From: an uncultured Actinomycetota bacterium
GTDB lineage: Bacteria; Actinomycetota; Actinomycetes; JAHEKZ01
Assembly (NCBI GenBank): GCA_963718235.1
Contig: CAVQYR010000001.1
Location: 1,952,001 to 2,016,000 of the forward strand
DNA: 64,000 bases
Reading direction: 5' to 3'
A program made the position numbers and the translations under genes. Positions 22,597-33,201 of the stretch are shown here, in pieces (position 1 is the stretch's first letter; each line of letters begins with the position of its first letter). The notes beneath the pieces were generated by a model. It did not search any database and was not told where the DNA came from. It was given only the letters and a program-made list of their open reading frames with translations.

Positions 22597-23652
22597 TCAG
22601 CGGTCGATCTGCGGGCTGCTGCCCTTGTCGAGGAGGACGATCCAGATCTGGCCCGGGTCCATCGGAAACGGCTGACCGCGGTAGCCCCAGGTGGTTCCGC
22701 CGTCAGGCTGCGGGCGGCTCCAGCGGACCCGCCACATGCGGCCGTCGCGGAAGACCCAGGCATTTCCCCGCCCGACCGTCTCGATCTTCGGGGTCGCTCC
22801 CCCGTTGGAGGACGTGAACTGCGACGGTCCGGAACGCACCGACTGCACGATCACCGTCGTGGCGCCCAACCGCCCGCCCTCCTCGGCCATCGAGGCGTCG
22901 CCGTCACTCGTCAGCAGCCAGCGTCCGTCGGACCGAGACCAGCGGAAGGAGACCGAGGAGTCTGGCCACCGCGCAGACACCGCGCGCACCCGGCGGCCGC
23001 GGTCCGGAGTGGAGGGGTCGAAGGTGAAACCGATGTCCGGCGGCTTGCGTGCCCGGGGTGCTCGGGACAGCAGCACCTCGGGGTCGCCGAAGAAGTCCCA
23101 AGGCGCCGTCCGGCCGGGCTCACGCCAGTAGCCCTCGCCGCTGACGTCACCGCTGACGTTGAACATCCGGGCCCGCGCGAGAAGCGGCTGCATCCCCGGC
23201 CGCGCACCGGAGTACGCGAAGGCGGGCTTGCCGAACTGGCGCAGGATGTCCAGGTCGCTGATCCGGGCACTTCGGACCGGACCGACCTCGTCGGGGTACT
23301 GCGAGGAGAAGACCGCCATGAACCGGGTCAGCCCGTACTCGACCTCCTCGACGTAGACGAGGTCGGCCGACTGAAGCCCGGCTTGGGGGTGGCTGAACAC
23401 CGTGTTGTCGATCTTGACGGCGAGCACCGGGCCGTCGTCGCCGATCCGCCCGCTCAGGAGGGTGCGCGGAGGCGTGGGCGAGGGCGACGGCGAGGTCGCC
23501 AACGGCTGCACCGACGCGGGTGGCTCGGATCCCGAGCAGGCCACCGCTGCCGGCCCGACCAGGGCGACGGCGACCAGGGTTGCTGCTGTCCGGACGGTCC
23601 ACCGGGACGGTCGGACCGTCCGGACAGCAGCAACCGACGGGGAAGGGGCCAC
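22597..23652 (-). CDS. DUF3048 (YerB-like) lipoprotein
   Basis: Lipobox [40 protein letters not shown]-terminal PGQIW. Confidence 0.88.
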   Translation of the reverse strand: MAPSPSVAAVRTVRPSRWTVRTAATLVAVALVGPAAVACSGSEPPASVQPLATSPSPSPTPPRTLLSGRIGDDGPVLAVKIDNTVFSHPQAGLQSADLVYVEEVEYGLTRFMAVFSSQYPDEVGPVRSARISDLDILRQFGKPAFAYSGARPGMQPLLARARMFNVSGDVSGEGYWREPGRTAPWDFFGDPEVLLSRAPRARKPPDIGFTFDPSTPDRGRRVRAVSARWPDSSVSFRWSRSDGRWLLTSDGDASMAEEGGRLGATTVIVQSVRSGPSQFTSSNGGATPKIETVGRGNAWVFRDGRMWRVRWSRPQPDGGTTWGYRGQPFPMDPGQIWIVLLDKGSSPQIDR

Positions 23653-23661
23653 TCGTGAAGG

Positions 23662-24219
23662 TTAGGCGCCAGAACCGGGAGAACCGGACAACGACGTCGG
23701 CGGCGCGTCGTCCAGCTCGATGCTCCTGGGGGCCGGGCTGTGACCGGACAACCGGAAGAGGCGCACGAGCGGCCGACCCCGCAGCTCTCGGGCGGCCCGC
23801 ACGGCGTCGTTGTGGAACCGCCGGGCGAGCACGACCCGGTCGCAGGCCTGACGCAGGTCGGCGACCAGCTGCCGACCGACCGGGTCGTCGTTCAGGTCGA
23901 CAGCACCCCCTGCCTCGTCGAGCACCGCCCGCAGGTCCTGGCTCAGGGCACTCTCGGCCGCCTCACGCTCGGGCCCGGACGCCGCCTGGGCGTCGTGGGC
24001 CGCCTGCCCGAGCAGGACGGCGCTCGCCGGGTCGAAGATCCCGCTGGACGCGATCTCGGCGACGACCGCCGACCGCCGCACGAGCTGGGCGTCCAGCGCG
24101 TCATGGGCCGCTTCGAGCCGGACGTTCAGCCGGTCGACCCGGCCGGCCAGTCCCCGCAGGAACAGACCGAGCAGGGCGAGTACACCCACCACCGCGAGCA
24201 GCCACCACGGAGCGTTCAC
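23662..24219 (-). CDS. Conserved membrane-anchored helical protein downstream of pimA (LemA-like; resembles N-terminal part of the Rv2609c-type gene)
   Basis: N-terminal TM, RVDRL..R, LDAQLVRR, ARRFHNDAV motif; position after pimA. Confidence 0.7.
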   Translation of the reverse strand: MNAPWWLLAVVGVLALLGLFLRGLAGRVDRLNVRLEAAHDALDAQLVRRSAVVAEIASSGIFDPASAVLLGQAAHDAQAASGPEREAAESALSQDLRAVLDEAGGAVDLNDDPVGRQLVADLRQACDRVVLARRFHNDAVRAARELRGRPLVRLFRLSGHSPAPRSIELDDAPPTSLSGSPGSGA

Positions 24220-24234
24220 GCCGGTCGTGCCCCC

Positions 24235-25416
24235 TCAGTCATGGCGACCGCCTCGCAGCCGGCCCGCGAACATGCCTGGCCCCTGCCGGTCGTCCTCGCG
24301 CACCGGGTGACCGGGCACGACCACCGTCTCGTACACATCGACGATCTCGGCGGCGACGGTGTCCCAGTCGTAGCGCTGGACGACCTGGTAGCCCCTGGCC
24401 CGGAACGCGTCCCGGCGCGGGGCGTCACCGAGCAGGTCGACGGTCGCGTCGGCGAGAGCAGCGGCGTCCTCGACCGGCGTGAGCACCCCGGCGCTGCCGC
24501 CGTCGAGCACCGCCTCGAAGGCGACGAGGTCGCTGGCGACGACCGGCGCCCCGGCCGCCATCGCCTCCAGCAGGACGATGCCGAAGCTCTCCCCACCGGT
24601 GTTCGGCGTGACCAGGAGGTCGACCCCGTGCAGCATTGCCGCCTTGTCGGCCTCGTCGATCCGCCCGAGGAAGGTGACCCGGTCGTGCAGGGCACGGGGC
24701 AGCAGTCCGCGCGCGTCGTCCTCGTCTCCCGGGCCGGCGACCAGCAGCCGGGCCGACGGGACCCGCTCGGCGATCCTCGGGAAGGCCGCCATCAGCACCG
24801 GCAGGCCCTTGCGCGGCTCGTCGAGGCGGCCGATGAACCCGATCGTGTCGTTGCCGCGCTCCCACCCGGGAAGCGTCTGGTCCCCAGCGAACCGACGGGT
24901 GTCCACGCCGTTGGGGATCAAGACCGCGTCTCCCCCGAGGTGCTGGACGACGGTGCGACGCGCCTCCTCGCTCACCGCGATCCGGGCGCTCACCTTCTCC
25001 AGCGTGGCCGACAGCAGGCCATAGCCGGCGACCATCGGCCACACCCGACCCTCGTACGAGGCGTGGAAGGTGGCCACGATCGGCCCGATCGCCGCCCAGC
25101 ACGCCACCATGCCGATGCTCGGAGAGATCGGCGAGTGGACGTGCAGCACGTCAAACTCGCCCTCGCGCAGCCAGCGGCGCACCCGGGACGCGGACACCGG
25201 CCCGAACGCCAGGCGGGCCACCGAGCCGTTGTGCCGGACCGGCAGCGCGCGCCCGACGCTGACGACGTAGGGCTCCTCGATGGCGTCCTCGTCGCCGGGT
25301 GCGAGCACGGAGACCTCGTGACCCAGCTCGAGCAGCTTCTCGGCGAGGTCGCGGACGTGGTACTGCACGCCACCGGGGACGTCCCAGGCAAACGGGCACA
25401 CGATGCCGACCCTCAT
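24235..25416 (-). CDS. pimA: GDP-mannose phosphatidylinositol mannosyltransferase (GT4)
   Basis: MRVGIVCPF, PGGVQYH, NGSVARL, EPRKG, GESFGIVLLEAMAAG; in pgsA-patA-pimA cluster. Confidence 0.92.
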   Translation of the reverse strand: MRVGIVCPFAWDVPGGVQYHVRDLAEKLLELGHEVSVLAPGDEDAIEEPYVVSVGRALPVRHNGSVARLAFGPVSASRVRRWLREGEFDVLHVHSPISPSIGMVACWAAIGPIVATFHASYEGRVWPMVAGYGLLSATLEKVSARIAVSEEARRTVVQHLGGDAVLIPNGVDTRRFAGDQTLPGWERGNDTIGFIGRLDEPRKGLPVLMAAFPRIAERVPSARLLVAGPGDEDDARGLLPRALHDRVTFLGRIDEADKAAMLHGVDLLVTPNTGGESFGIVLLEAMAAGAPVVASDLVAFEAVLDGGSAGVLTPVEDAAALADATVDLLGDAPRRDAFRARGYQVVQRYDWDTVAAEIVDVYETVVVPGHPVREDDRQGPGMFAGRLRGGRHD

Positions 25417-26333
25417 CGCGATTTCCCTTCGTCTCCTTCATCACCGTCGAGCCAGACCCGTTGCAGCATGTGCCAGTCGGCCGGGTGCTCGGTGATGGCC
25501 CGGCCGAGGACGTCGGCGAACTGCTGGGTGAGGTCGGCCACGGCGTCGCGGAACCGGAGTCCGGGCGACGCCGTCAGCCGCTCGTGGATGCGAAGGTGGG
25601 TGTGGGTCTCGTCGTACCAGGAGGACATCGGGAGCAGCGCCGCGCCGGCCCGCTGCGCCAGCGCGGCCGGCCCACCGGGCATCCGAGCCGGTCTACCGAG
25701 CAGCGTGACGTCGACCGCGCTGTGCGCCAGGTCACGATCGGCGAGCAGGGCCAGGACCCGCCCCTGGCGCAGGTGGGCCAGCAGCTCGGTCGTCAGGTCA
25801 CGGTCACCGGTCAGGGGCAGGATCTGCATCCCCAGCGACTCGCGGTAGACGACGAACCGCTCGAAGAGGCGTTCTGGTCGGAGCCGCTCGGCCACCGAGG
25901 TGACGGCGATCCCCTGCCCGGCCGCCCAGGCGGCCACGTGGTCCCAGTTGCCCAGATGTCCGGCGACGACGACCACCCCCTGACCCTCCGCGATTGCGTC
26001 GTCCAACAGGTCGCGGTCGTGGACGACCATGCGTCGCTCGACCTCGGCCGCAGACCACGTCGGGAGTCGGAAGGTCTCTCTCCAGTAGCGCAGGTAGGAG
26101 CGCATCGCGGCCCGGGTGAGTGCCTCCAGCTCGTGGTCAGAGGCTTCGGGGACGACGTGGGCGAGGTTGCGTCGCAGCTGACCGACCCTCTTCCCGTCAA
26201 GACGGTGGGCGAGGTCCCCGGCGGTGTCGAAGAGGGTGCGCGCTGCGGGTTCGGGCAGTCGTTTCACCGCCGACCAGCCGGTCGCGTACGTGAGGTCGCT
26301 GGCCCGGTCGCGCACGGGCGTGAGCAGGCTCAC
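25413..26333 (-). CDS. Phosphatidylinositol mannoside acyltransferase (PatA-type)
   Basis: SYLRYWRETFRLP, HLGNWD, AERLRP, LLADRD, PADWHMLQRVW; GTGA overlap with pgsA. Confidence 0.92.
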   Translation of the reverse strand: MSLLTPVRDRASDLTYATGWSAVKRLPEPAARTLFDTAGDLAHRLDGKRVGQLRRNLAHVVPEASDHELEALTRAAMRSYLRYWRETFRLPTWSAAEVERRMVVHDRDLLDDAIAEGQGVVVVAGHLGNWDHVAAWAAGQGIAVTSVAERLRPERLFERFVVYRESLGMQILPLTGDRDLTTELLAHLRQGRVLALLADRDLAHSAVDVTLLGRPARMPGGPAALAQRAGAALLPMSSWYDETHTHLRIHERLTASPGLRFRDAVADLTQQFADVLGRAITEHPADWHMLQRVWLDGDEGDEGKSR

Positions 26334-26950
26334 GTGGCCTGGCTCGACGCCTGGCGGCGCACGACGACCATGCGTTGCAGGACGGTGACCCAGGCCACGG
26401 CCGCGAGCACCCAGACACCGACGTCCATGAACACCGGGCGCCACGCGGCCAGCAGTGCGAACACCCCCAGGATCACCAGCCGCTCGGTCCGCTCGCCGAA
26501 GCCCACGTCGGCCCGAAGCCCCAGGCCCTCCGCGCGGGCCCTTGCGTAGGACACCAGGAAGCTGCCGACCAGGGCCAGCCCGCACGCACCGACCATCAGG
26601 ACGTCTGCGTCGGGCTCGGCCTGGGCGTAGTACAGGGCCAGGGCCACGAAGACCGCTGCATCGGTGACCCGGTCGAGGGTGCTGTCCAGGAAGGCGCCCC
26701 AGTCCGACGAGCGTCCGGACAGTCGGGCCATCGTCCCGTCGAGTGCGTCGAAGAACGCGAACAGACCCACCAGCAGCGTCGCCTGCCAGAACATCCCTCG
26801 CGGCAGGAACCACAGCGCCACCGCCGAGGCCGCGACCGTTCCGACCACGGTGACGACGTCGGGACTCACCTTCGCGCGCAGCAGCAGCCTGGCCGGGGGA
26901 GTCATCACGCCACGGATGACGGCGCGGCCCTGTTCGGTGAGAGTGCCCAT
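26330..26950 (-). CDS. pgsA: Phosphatidylinositol phosphate synthase (CDP-alcohol phosphatidyltransferase)
   Basis: SPDVVT, DALDGTMAR..GAFLDSTLDRVTD, VSYARARAE, ERTERL. Confidence 0.93.
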   Translation of the reverse strand: MGTLTEQGRAVIRGVMTPPARLLLRAKVSPDVVTVVGTVAASAVALWFLPRGMFWQATLLVGLFAFFDALDGTMARLSGRSSDWGAFLDSTLDRVTDAAVFVALALYYAQAEPDADVLMVGACGLALVGSFLVSYARARAEGLGLRADVGFGERTERLVILGVFALLAAWRPVFMDVGVWVLAAVAWVTVLQRMVVVRRQASSQAT

Positions 26951-27045
26951 CGTCTGGTCAGCGTAGCGAGGGACCCTCCGGCCCTTGTGCGGATGCCGGA
27001 GCCGGGTGAAGTCTGGGGCGACGATCGATGTCAAGGAGGCACGTC

Positions 27046-29184
27046 ATGGCAGACAAGGGGGCCGCGCCGGGCACACCACCCGTGGCCGACCGACCCGCGG
27101 ACATCCGCAACGTGGTCCTGGTCGGCCACAGTGGGGCCGGCAAGACGACGTTGGTCGAGGCACTGCTGGTTCACACCGGCACGATCGCCCGGGCCGGCCG
27201 GGTGGAGGACGGCACGACCGTGTCCGACTTCGACGACGCCGAGCACCGCCAGCAGCGCAGCGTCTCTCTCACCGTGGCGCCGTTCTCCGCCGAGGGCATC
27301 AAGGTGAACCTGCTCGACACCCCTGGCTACGCGGACTTCGTGGGCGACCTGAGGGCCGGCCTGCGGGGAGCCGACGCGGCGCTGTTCGTCCTGTCGGCCA
27401 CCGAGGACATCGACGGTCCGACCGTGATGCTGTGGGAGGAGTGCGCGGCGGTCGGGATGCCTCGGGCTGTGGTGATCAACAAGGTCGACGCGACCCGCGC
27501 CCACTACGACGACGTCCTGGCCGAGGCGCAGCAGGCCTTCGGTGAGGGCGTGCTCCCCCTGTACCTGCCGATGATGGCCGACGACGAGCGCGTGGCCGGG
27601 CTGATCGCCCTGCTGAGCCAGCGGATCGACGACTACAGCAGCGGGAGTCGCACGGTGCGCGAGCCGGAGAGCCAGCACCTCGAGATCATCGAACCCCACC
27701 GCAACGCGCTGATCGAGGGGATCATCGCCGAGTCGGAGGACGAGACGCTGATGGAGCGCTACCTCGGGGGCGAGGACATCGACTTCGACACCCTGGTGGC
27801 CGACCTCGAGAAGGCGGTCGCCCGTGGGTCCTTCTACCCCGTGATCCCGGTGGCTTCGACCACAGGGCTCGGCGTGGCCGAGGTCGTCGAGCTGGTCACC
27901 CGGGCCTTCCCCTCACCGTTGGAGCACTCCGTGCCGCCGGTGGCCACGCCCTCCGGCGACCCGCGCGGGCCGCTGTCGGCGGATCCGCAGGGCCCCCTGG
28001 TCGCCGAGGTCGTCAAGACCGTCAGCGACCCCTACGTCGGCCGGATCAGTCTGGTCCGGGTCTTCTCCGGGACGCTGCGCCCCGACGTGGTGGTGCATGT
28101 CAGCGGCCACGGCCTCGCCGAGCGCGGCCACGAGGACCACGACGTCGACGAGAAGATCGGAGCCCTGTCCTCCCCCCTCGGGAAGACCCAGCGCACGGTC
28201 TCGAAGTGCATCGCCGGCGACGTCTGCGCGGTCTCCAAGCTGGCCAGGGCCGAGACCGGCGACACGCTGTCCGACAAGGAACAGCCCCTGCTGATGGAGC
28301 CGTGGGTGATGCCCGAGCCGCTGCTACCCGTCGCCATCGTCGCCCGCAGCAAGGCCGACGAGGACAAGCTGTCCCAGGGTCTGGGCCGGCTCGTGGCCGA
28401 GGACCCGACGATGCGCCTGGAGCACAACGCCTCCACCCACCAGCTGGTCATCTGGGCCCTGGGCGAGGCCCACGTCGACGTCCTGCTGGACCGGCTGGCC
28501 AACCGCTACGGCGTTGCGGTCGACGCCGTGCCGCTCCGGGTGCCTCTGCGCGAGACCTTCAGCGGGTCGAGCAAGGGGCACGGCCGGCACGTCAAGCAGT
28601 CCGGCGGCCACGGACAGTTCGCCGTCTGCGACATCGAGGTCGAGGCCCTGCCCGAAGGAGCAGGGTTCGAGTTCGTCGACAAGGTCGTCGGAGGGTCCGT
28701 CCCCCGGCAGTTCATCACCAGCGTCGAGAAGGGCGTACGCGCGCAGATGGAGCGCGGGGTCACCGCCGGATACCCGGTGGTCGACATCCGGGTCACCCTC
28801 GTCGACGGCAAGGCGCACTCGGTCGACTCCTCGGACATGGCGTTCCAGACGGCCGGTGCGCTGGCGCTGAAGGAGGCAGCCAGAGCCGGGTCGGTCCAGC
28901 TGCTCGAGCCAGTGTCACAGGTCAGCGTCCTGGTCGACGACGGCTATGTGGGATCGGTGATGGGTGACCTGTCCGGCCGCCGGGGCCGGGTGTCCGGCAC
29001 CGAGCCGGTCGGGATCGGGCGCACACTGATCCGGGCCGAGGTTCCCGACCTGGAGCTGGTCCGCTACGCCGTCGACCTGCGCTCGCTGTCCCACGGCACC
29101 GGGTCCTTCACCCGGTCCCACGCCCACTACGAGGCCATGCCGCCCCAGCTCGCCGCCCAGCTCCACTCCGACCCCTCAAGTTGA
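27046..29184 (+). CDS. Elongation factor G-like protein EF-G2
   Basis: IRNVVLVGHSGAGKTT, DTPGYADF, NKVD, KQSGGHGQF, AHSVDSSDMAF; lacks canonical RGITI effector motif; AAGGAGG RBS before ATG 27046. Confidence 0.93.
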   Translation: MADKGAAPGTPPVADRPADIRNVVLVGHSGAGKTTLVEALLVHTGTIARAGRVEDGTTVSDFDDAEHRQQRSVSLTVAPFSAEGIKVNLLDTPGYADFVGDLRAGLRGADAALFVLSATEDIDGPTVMLWEECAAVGMPRAVVINKVDATRAHYDDVLAEAQQAFGEGVLPLYLPMMADDERVAGLIALLSQRIDDYSSGSRTVREPESQHLEIIEPHRNALIEGIIAESEDETLMERYLGGEDIDFDTLVADLEKAVARGSFYPVIPVASTTGLGVAEVVELVTRAFPSPLEHSVPPVATPSGDPRGPLSADPQGPLVAEVVKTVSDPYVGRISLVRVFSGTLRPDVVVHVSGHGLAERGHEDHDVDEKIGALSSPLGKTQRTVSKCIAGDVCAVSKLARAETGDTLSDKEQPLLMEPWVMPEPLLPVAIVARSKADEDKLSQGLGRLVAEDPTMRLEHNASTHQLVIWALGEAHVDVLLDRLANRYGVAVDAVPLRVPLRETFSGSSKGHGRHVKQSGGHGQFAVCDIEVEALPEGAGFEFVDKVVGGSVPRQFITSVEKGVRAQMERGVTAGYPVVDIRVTLVDGKAHSVDSSDMAFQTAGALALKEAARAGSVQLLEPVSQVSVLVDDGYVGSVMGDLSGRRGRVSGTEPVGIGRTLIRAEVPDLELVRYAVDLRSLSHGTGSFTRSHAHYEAMPPQLAAQLHSDPSS

Positions 29185-29244
29185 TCATGGAGATGATCTG
29201 CCAGCTCAACCGCTCAGAGGCGCAACTTCTCCATGATCAACTTG
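29177..29244. repeat. REP-like inverted repeat between convergent EF-G2 and HIT genes
   Basis: 17-bp perfect arms CAAGTTGATCATGGAGA (29177-29193) and TCTCCATGATCAACTTG (29228-29244) with 34-nt spacer. Confidence 0.8.
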
Positions 29245-29277
29245 GCCGTGGAGGGCCGGCTGGGAATGGGAGCCGGG

Positions 29278-29793
29278 TCAGGGCGTCGGCCAGGCCTCGG
29301 CGACGAGCGCGCGGGTCTGCGCCAGCAGCTGGGGCAGCACCCTGGTCTGCCCGACGACAGGCATGAAGTTGGTGTCCCCACCCCACCGCGGGACCACGTG
29401 CTGGTGCAGGTGGGCGGCGATCCCGGCACCTGACACCGAACCCTGGTTCATACCCACGTTGAACCCGTGCGCCCCGCTGCACGCCCGGAGCGCGACCATC
29501 GCCTCCTGGGTCAGCAGCCCCAGCTCCAGCGTCTCCTCGGCGCTGCAGTCGGTGTAGTCGGCGACGTGGCGGTACGGACAGACCAGGACGTGTCCGGCGT
29601 TGTACGGGTACAGGTTGAGGACGGCGTAGCACAGCGCACCACGTCGAACGACGAGCCCGTCCTCGTCTGACATCGACGGGGCCTGGCAGAACGGGCACTG
29701 CTCCTCACCGTCGTCGACGGGCTTGTCCTGCCCACGGATGTATGCCATGCGATGGGGAGTCCACAGCCGGTCGAACACCCCCGGGTCGGTCAC
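29278..29793 (-). CDS. HIT-family protein (Ap4A phosphorylase-like)
   Basis: [40 protein letters not shown]; coupled to thrS. Confidence 0.92.
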   Translation of the reverse strand: MTDPGVFDRLWTPHRMAYIRGQDKPVDDGEEQCPFCQAPSMSDEDGLVVRRGALCYAVLNLYPYNAGHVLVCPYRHVADYTDCSAEETLELGLLTQEAMVALRACSGAHGFNVGMNQGSVSGAGIAAHLHQHVVPRWGGDTNFMPVVGQTRVLPQLLAQTRALVAEAWPTP

Positions 29794-31793
29794 GCGCGGG
29801 CTCGCTCGGCGACCCCGCGCACGATCTCGGCCACGGCGTCCTCGATCGGGACCCCGTTGTTCTGTGTTCCGTCGCGATACCGGAACGACACCGCACCCTT
29901 CGACACGTCGTCGTCGCCGGCGATGAGCATGAACGGCACCTTGTGTCGCTGCGCGTTGCGGATCTTCTTCTGCATGCGGTCGTCGGAGGTGTCGACCTCG
30001 ACCCGCACCCCCTCGGCCCTCAGCCGGGTCGCGACGTCCTTCAGGTACTCGACGTGCTCATCGGTGATCGGGATCCCCACCACCTGGACCGGCGCCAGCC
30101 AGGGAGGGAACGCGCCGGCGTAGTGCTCCAGCAGGATGGCGAAGAACCGCTCGATCGAGCCGAACAGCGCGCGGTGGATCATGATCGGCTGCTGTCGGGT
30201 GCCGTCGGACGCCTGGTACTCCAGCTCGAACCGCTGAGGGCCCTGGAAGTCGACCTGGATGGTCGACATCTGCCAGGTGCGCCCGATCGCGTCCTTGGCC
30301 TGAACCGAGATCTTCGGGCCGTAGAACGCGGCGCCGCCCTCGTCGGGCACCAGCTCGAGGTCCTGCTTCTCCGCAGCCTGACGCAGCGCCTCGGTCGCCT
30401 CGGCCCACTCTGCGTCGGTACCGATCGACTTCTCCGGGTCGCGGGTGGACAGCTCGAGGTAGAAGTCGTCGAGCCCGTAGTCGCGCAGCAGCTCGAGGAC
30501 GAAGGTCAAGAGGCTGTCGAGCTCACCAGGCATCTGCTCCTTGGTGCAGTAGATGTGCGCGTCGTCCTGGGTCATGCCCCGCACCCGGGTCAGCCCGTGC
30601 ACGACGCCGGACTTCTCGTACCGGTAGACCGACCCGAACTCGAACAGCCGCAGGGGCAGCTCTCGGTACGACCGCCCTCTGGCTTTGAAGATGAGGTTGT
30701 GGAAGGGACAGTTCATCGGCTTCAGGTAGTAGTCCTGAGCCGCCCGCCGCAGGTTTCCCTCACTGTCGTACTCGGCGTCCAGCTGCATGGGTGGGTACAT
30801 GCCGTCGGCGTACCACTGCAGGTGACCGGACTGCTCGAACAGCGCCGCCTTCGTGATGTGCGGGCTGTACACGAACTCGTAGCCTCCCTCCTCGTGCCGA
30901 CGCCGTGAGTAGTCCTCCATCGCCCTGCGCACGATGCCGCCTTTGGGGTGGAACACCGCCAACCCGGACCCGATCTCCTCGGGGAAGCTGAACAGGTCGA
31001 GGTCGACACCGAGCCGACGGTGGTCACGACGCTCGGCCTCCTCGAGCAGATGGAGGTACTCCTTGAGCGCCTCGCGGCTGGGCCACGCCGTGCCGTAGAT
31101 CCGCTGGAGCTGCGGGTTGTGCTCGCTTCCCCGCCAGTAGGCCGCCGCAACGCGCATCAGCTTGAACGCCGGGATGAGCCGGGTCGACGGCAGGTGTGGT
31201 CCCCGGCACAGGTCGGTCCAACAGCGCTCATCGGTTCGGGGCGCCACGTTGTCGTACATCGTGAGCTCGCTGCCCCCGACCTCCATCACGTCGGTCAGGT
31301 CGTCCGGGGAGGCCTGACCGCCCTTGAGTCCGATCAGCTCGAGCTTGTACGGCTCGTTGCGCAGCTCGGCCCGTGCCTCTGCGTCGGTGACGACCCTGCG
31401 CTCGAACCGCTGGCCCGCCTTGACGATCCGCTGCATACGCTTCTCGAGCCGAGCAAGGTCGTCGGGTGTGAAGGGTGTCTCCACGTCGAAGTCGTAGTAG
31501 AAGCCATCGGCAACCGGAGGGCCGATCCCCAGTCGAGCCTCCGGGAACTCCTCCTGGACGGCCTGGGCGAGCACGTGCGCCGTGGAGTGACGAAGCACTG
31601 CCAGGCCTTCGGGCGAGTCGATGGCGACCGGCTCGACGACGTCTTCGTCGCTGAGCTCCCACGTGAGGTCTCGCAGCTCACCGTTCACCATCGCGACCAC
31701 GACCGACCGGTCACTGGCGAACAGCTCAGCAGCCGTGGTGCCAGCGTCGACCGCTCGGTGGTCCCCGGCGACGACGACTACGACCTCGGGCAC
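29790..31793 (-). CDS. thrS: Threonine--tRNA ligase
   Basis: [61 protein letters not shown]. Confidence 0.99.
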   Translation of the reverse strand: MPEVVVVVAGDHRAVDAGTTAAELFASDRSVVVAMVNGELRDLTWELSDEDVVEPVAIDSPEGLAVLRHSTAHVLAQAVQEEFPEARLGIGPPVADGFYYDFDVETPFTPDDLARLEKRMQRIVKAGQRFERRVVTDAEARAELRNEPYKLELIGLKGGQASPDDLTDVMEVGGSELTMYDNVAPRTDERCWTDLCRGPHLPSTRLIPAFKLMRVAAAYWRGSEHNPQLQRIYGTAWPSREALKEYLHLLEEAERRDHRRLGVDLDLFSFPEEIGSGLAVFHPKGGIVRRAMEDYSRRRHEEGGYEFVYSPHITKAALFEQSGHLQWYADGMYPPMQLDAEYDSEGNLRRAAQDYYLKPMNCPFHNLIFKARGRSYRELPLRLFEFGSVYRYEKSGVVHGLTRVRGMTQDDAHIYCTKEQMPGELDSLLTFVLELLRDYGLDDFYLELSTRDPEKSIGTDAEWAEATEALRQAAEKQDLELVPDEGGAAFYGPKISVQAKDAIGRTWQMSTIQVDFQGPQRFELEYQASDGTRQQPIMIHRALFGSIERFFAILLEHYAGAFPPWLAPVQVVGIPITDEHVEYLKDVATRLRAEGVRVEVDTSDDRMQKKIRNAQRHKVPFMLIAGDDDVSKGAVSFRYRDGTQNNGVPIEDAVAEIVRGVAERARA

Positions 31794-31873
31794 AGCTGCC
31801 TCCGACTCATGGGTGGTCGCGGGGTGGGTCCCCGCCGACTCACTTCGAGCCTAGCCATCTCCGCAAGCCGGAT

Positions 31874-33091
31874 TCAGCGTGCCGTGACCTTCATCCGGTA
31901 GAGGCCACCGCCGTACGTGACCGCCCAGATCTCACCTCGGTCGTCGACGCCGAACGAGGATGGACCGGCGTACTCGCTGCCGAGGCGCTGCGACTGGAGC
32001 ATCGTGCGTCCTCCGGGCCGGTAGACCCAGACCCGCGCGGTGACGAAGTCGCCGAACACGTACCGGCCGGCCATGAGGCTCGCGTAGCGACTGCCCCGGT
32101 ACACGAACCCCCCGGTCACCGACTCGCCTCGCGGGTGCGGGACCACGACGTCTGGACCCAGGTATGTGCTCCGCTTGCCGCACCGGCTGGCGTTGTACAC
32201 GCTCTTGGCCTCGTAGCAGGACCAACCCAGGTTGCGTCGCTTGGGCTGTCCGGGGACCACCGTGACCTCTTCGTAGGCGTCCTGTCCGACGTCACCGACC
32301 CAGAGCGCGCGAGTCCGGGGGTCGAAGGAGAACCGCCAGGGGTTGCGCAACCCGCGCAACCAGATCTCGCCCCGACCTCGCGACGATCCCGCATAGGGGT
32401 TCGACCGGGGAACGCAGTACTCCTTCGCACCGCACGATCGGCGCACGTCGAGCCGCAGGATCTTGCCTTTGAGCGAGTCCTTGTCCTGGGCCGCGTTGTA
32501 CGGGTCGCCCGAACCACCGCCGTCACCGGTACCCAGGTACAGGTACCCGTCAGGACCGAACATGAGCTGGCCCCCGTAGTGGTTGCGGTTCTCCTTGTGC
32601 TCCACGGTCAGCACCTTGCGCAGGGTGTTTCTCGACACGTGCCGCGCCCCCGGGCCAGGCGCCCGCAGTCGGGCCAGCACCAGGTTGCCGTTGCCCTGGC
32701 TGTAGGTGACCCACAGCCTGTGCGTAGCGCGGAACCGAGGGTCGAAGGCCAAAGAGAGCAAGCCTCCCTCGCCCTCGTTCAGGACGACCCGCTTGATGTT
32801 GAGGTAGGGCTTGCTCAGGAGCCTTTCGCCCTGCCAGATCCGCACCGTTCCGGGCTTCTCGACCACGAACATCCGATTGCTGCCGTCCGGAGCGGCCAGC
32901 ACCTGGGTGGGCTGGGACAGCCCCCCGAACACGCTCTGCCAGGTCACCCGGACCCCGGCCAGCCGCGCCTCCTGCTCAACGCCGGATGACCCGGGGTCGG
33001 AGGCGGGGGCGGCCGACGCGCAGCTTGCGATGAGCCCCGACACGGCGAGTAGACCGACCAGGCCGAAGGAGGTGGGGCGAAGGTGCAGCAT
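31874..33091 (-). CDS. PQQ-dependent glucose/sorbosone dehydrogenase family lipoprotein
   Basis: Lipobox LIASC, EGGLLSLAFDP, NHYGGQLMFGPDGYLYLGTGDGG, GKILRLD, GLRNPWRFSFD, GDVGQ, SFGVD. Confidence 0.88.
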   Translation of the reverse strand: MLHLRPTSFGLVGLLAVSGLIASCASAAPASDPGSSGVEQEARLAGVRVTWQSVFGGLSQPTQVLAAPDGSNRMFVVEKPGTVRIWQGERLLSKPYLNIKRVVLNEGEGGLLSLAFDPRFRATHRLWVTYSQGNGNLVLARLRAPGPGARHVSRNTLRKVLTVEHKENRNHYGGQLMFGPDGYLYLGTGDGGGSGDPYNAAQDKDSLKGKILRLDVRRSCGAKEYCVPRSNPYAGSSRGRGEIWLRGLRNPWRFSFDPRTRALWVGDVGQDAYEEVTVVPGQPKRRNLGWSCYEAKSVYNASRCGKRSTYLGPDVVVPHPRGESVTGGFVYRGSRYASLMAGRYVFGDFVTARVWVYRPGGRTMLQSQRLGSEYAGPSSFGVDDRGEIWAVTYGGGLYRMKVTAR

Positions 33092-33201
33092 CATCCGAGC
33101 GTACGTGAGCGGCCCACGGTCGCCTGTGCGCAACGCGGGTGAATCGTGCCCGTGCGCGAGGGGGCTGGTGCGGGGCTCCTCGGTGTCGGAGACTGCCACC
33201 T

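Noticed and set aside
27046-29184. Divergent GTPase motifs in the EF-G homologue
   Set aside because: Typical of the known EF-G2 paralogue family
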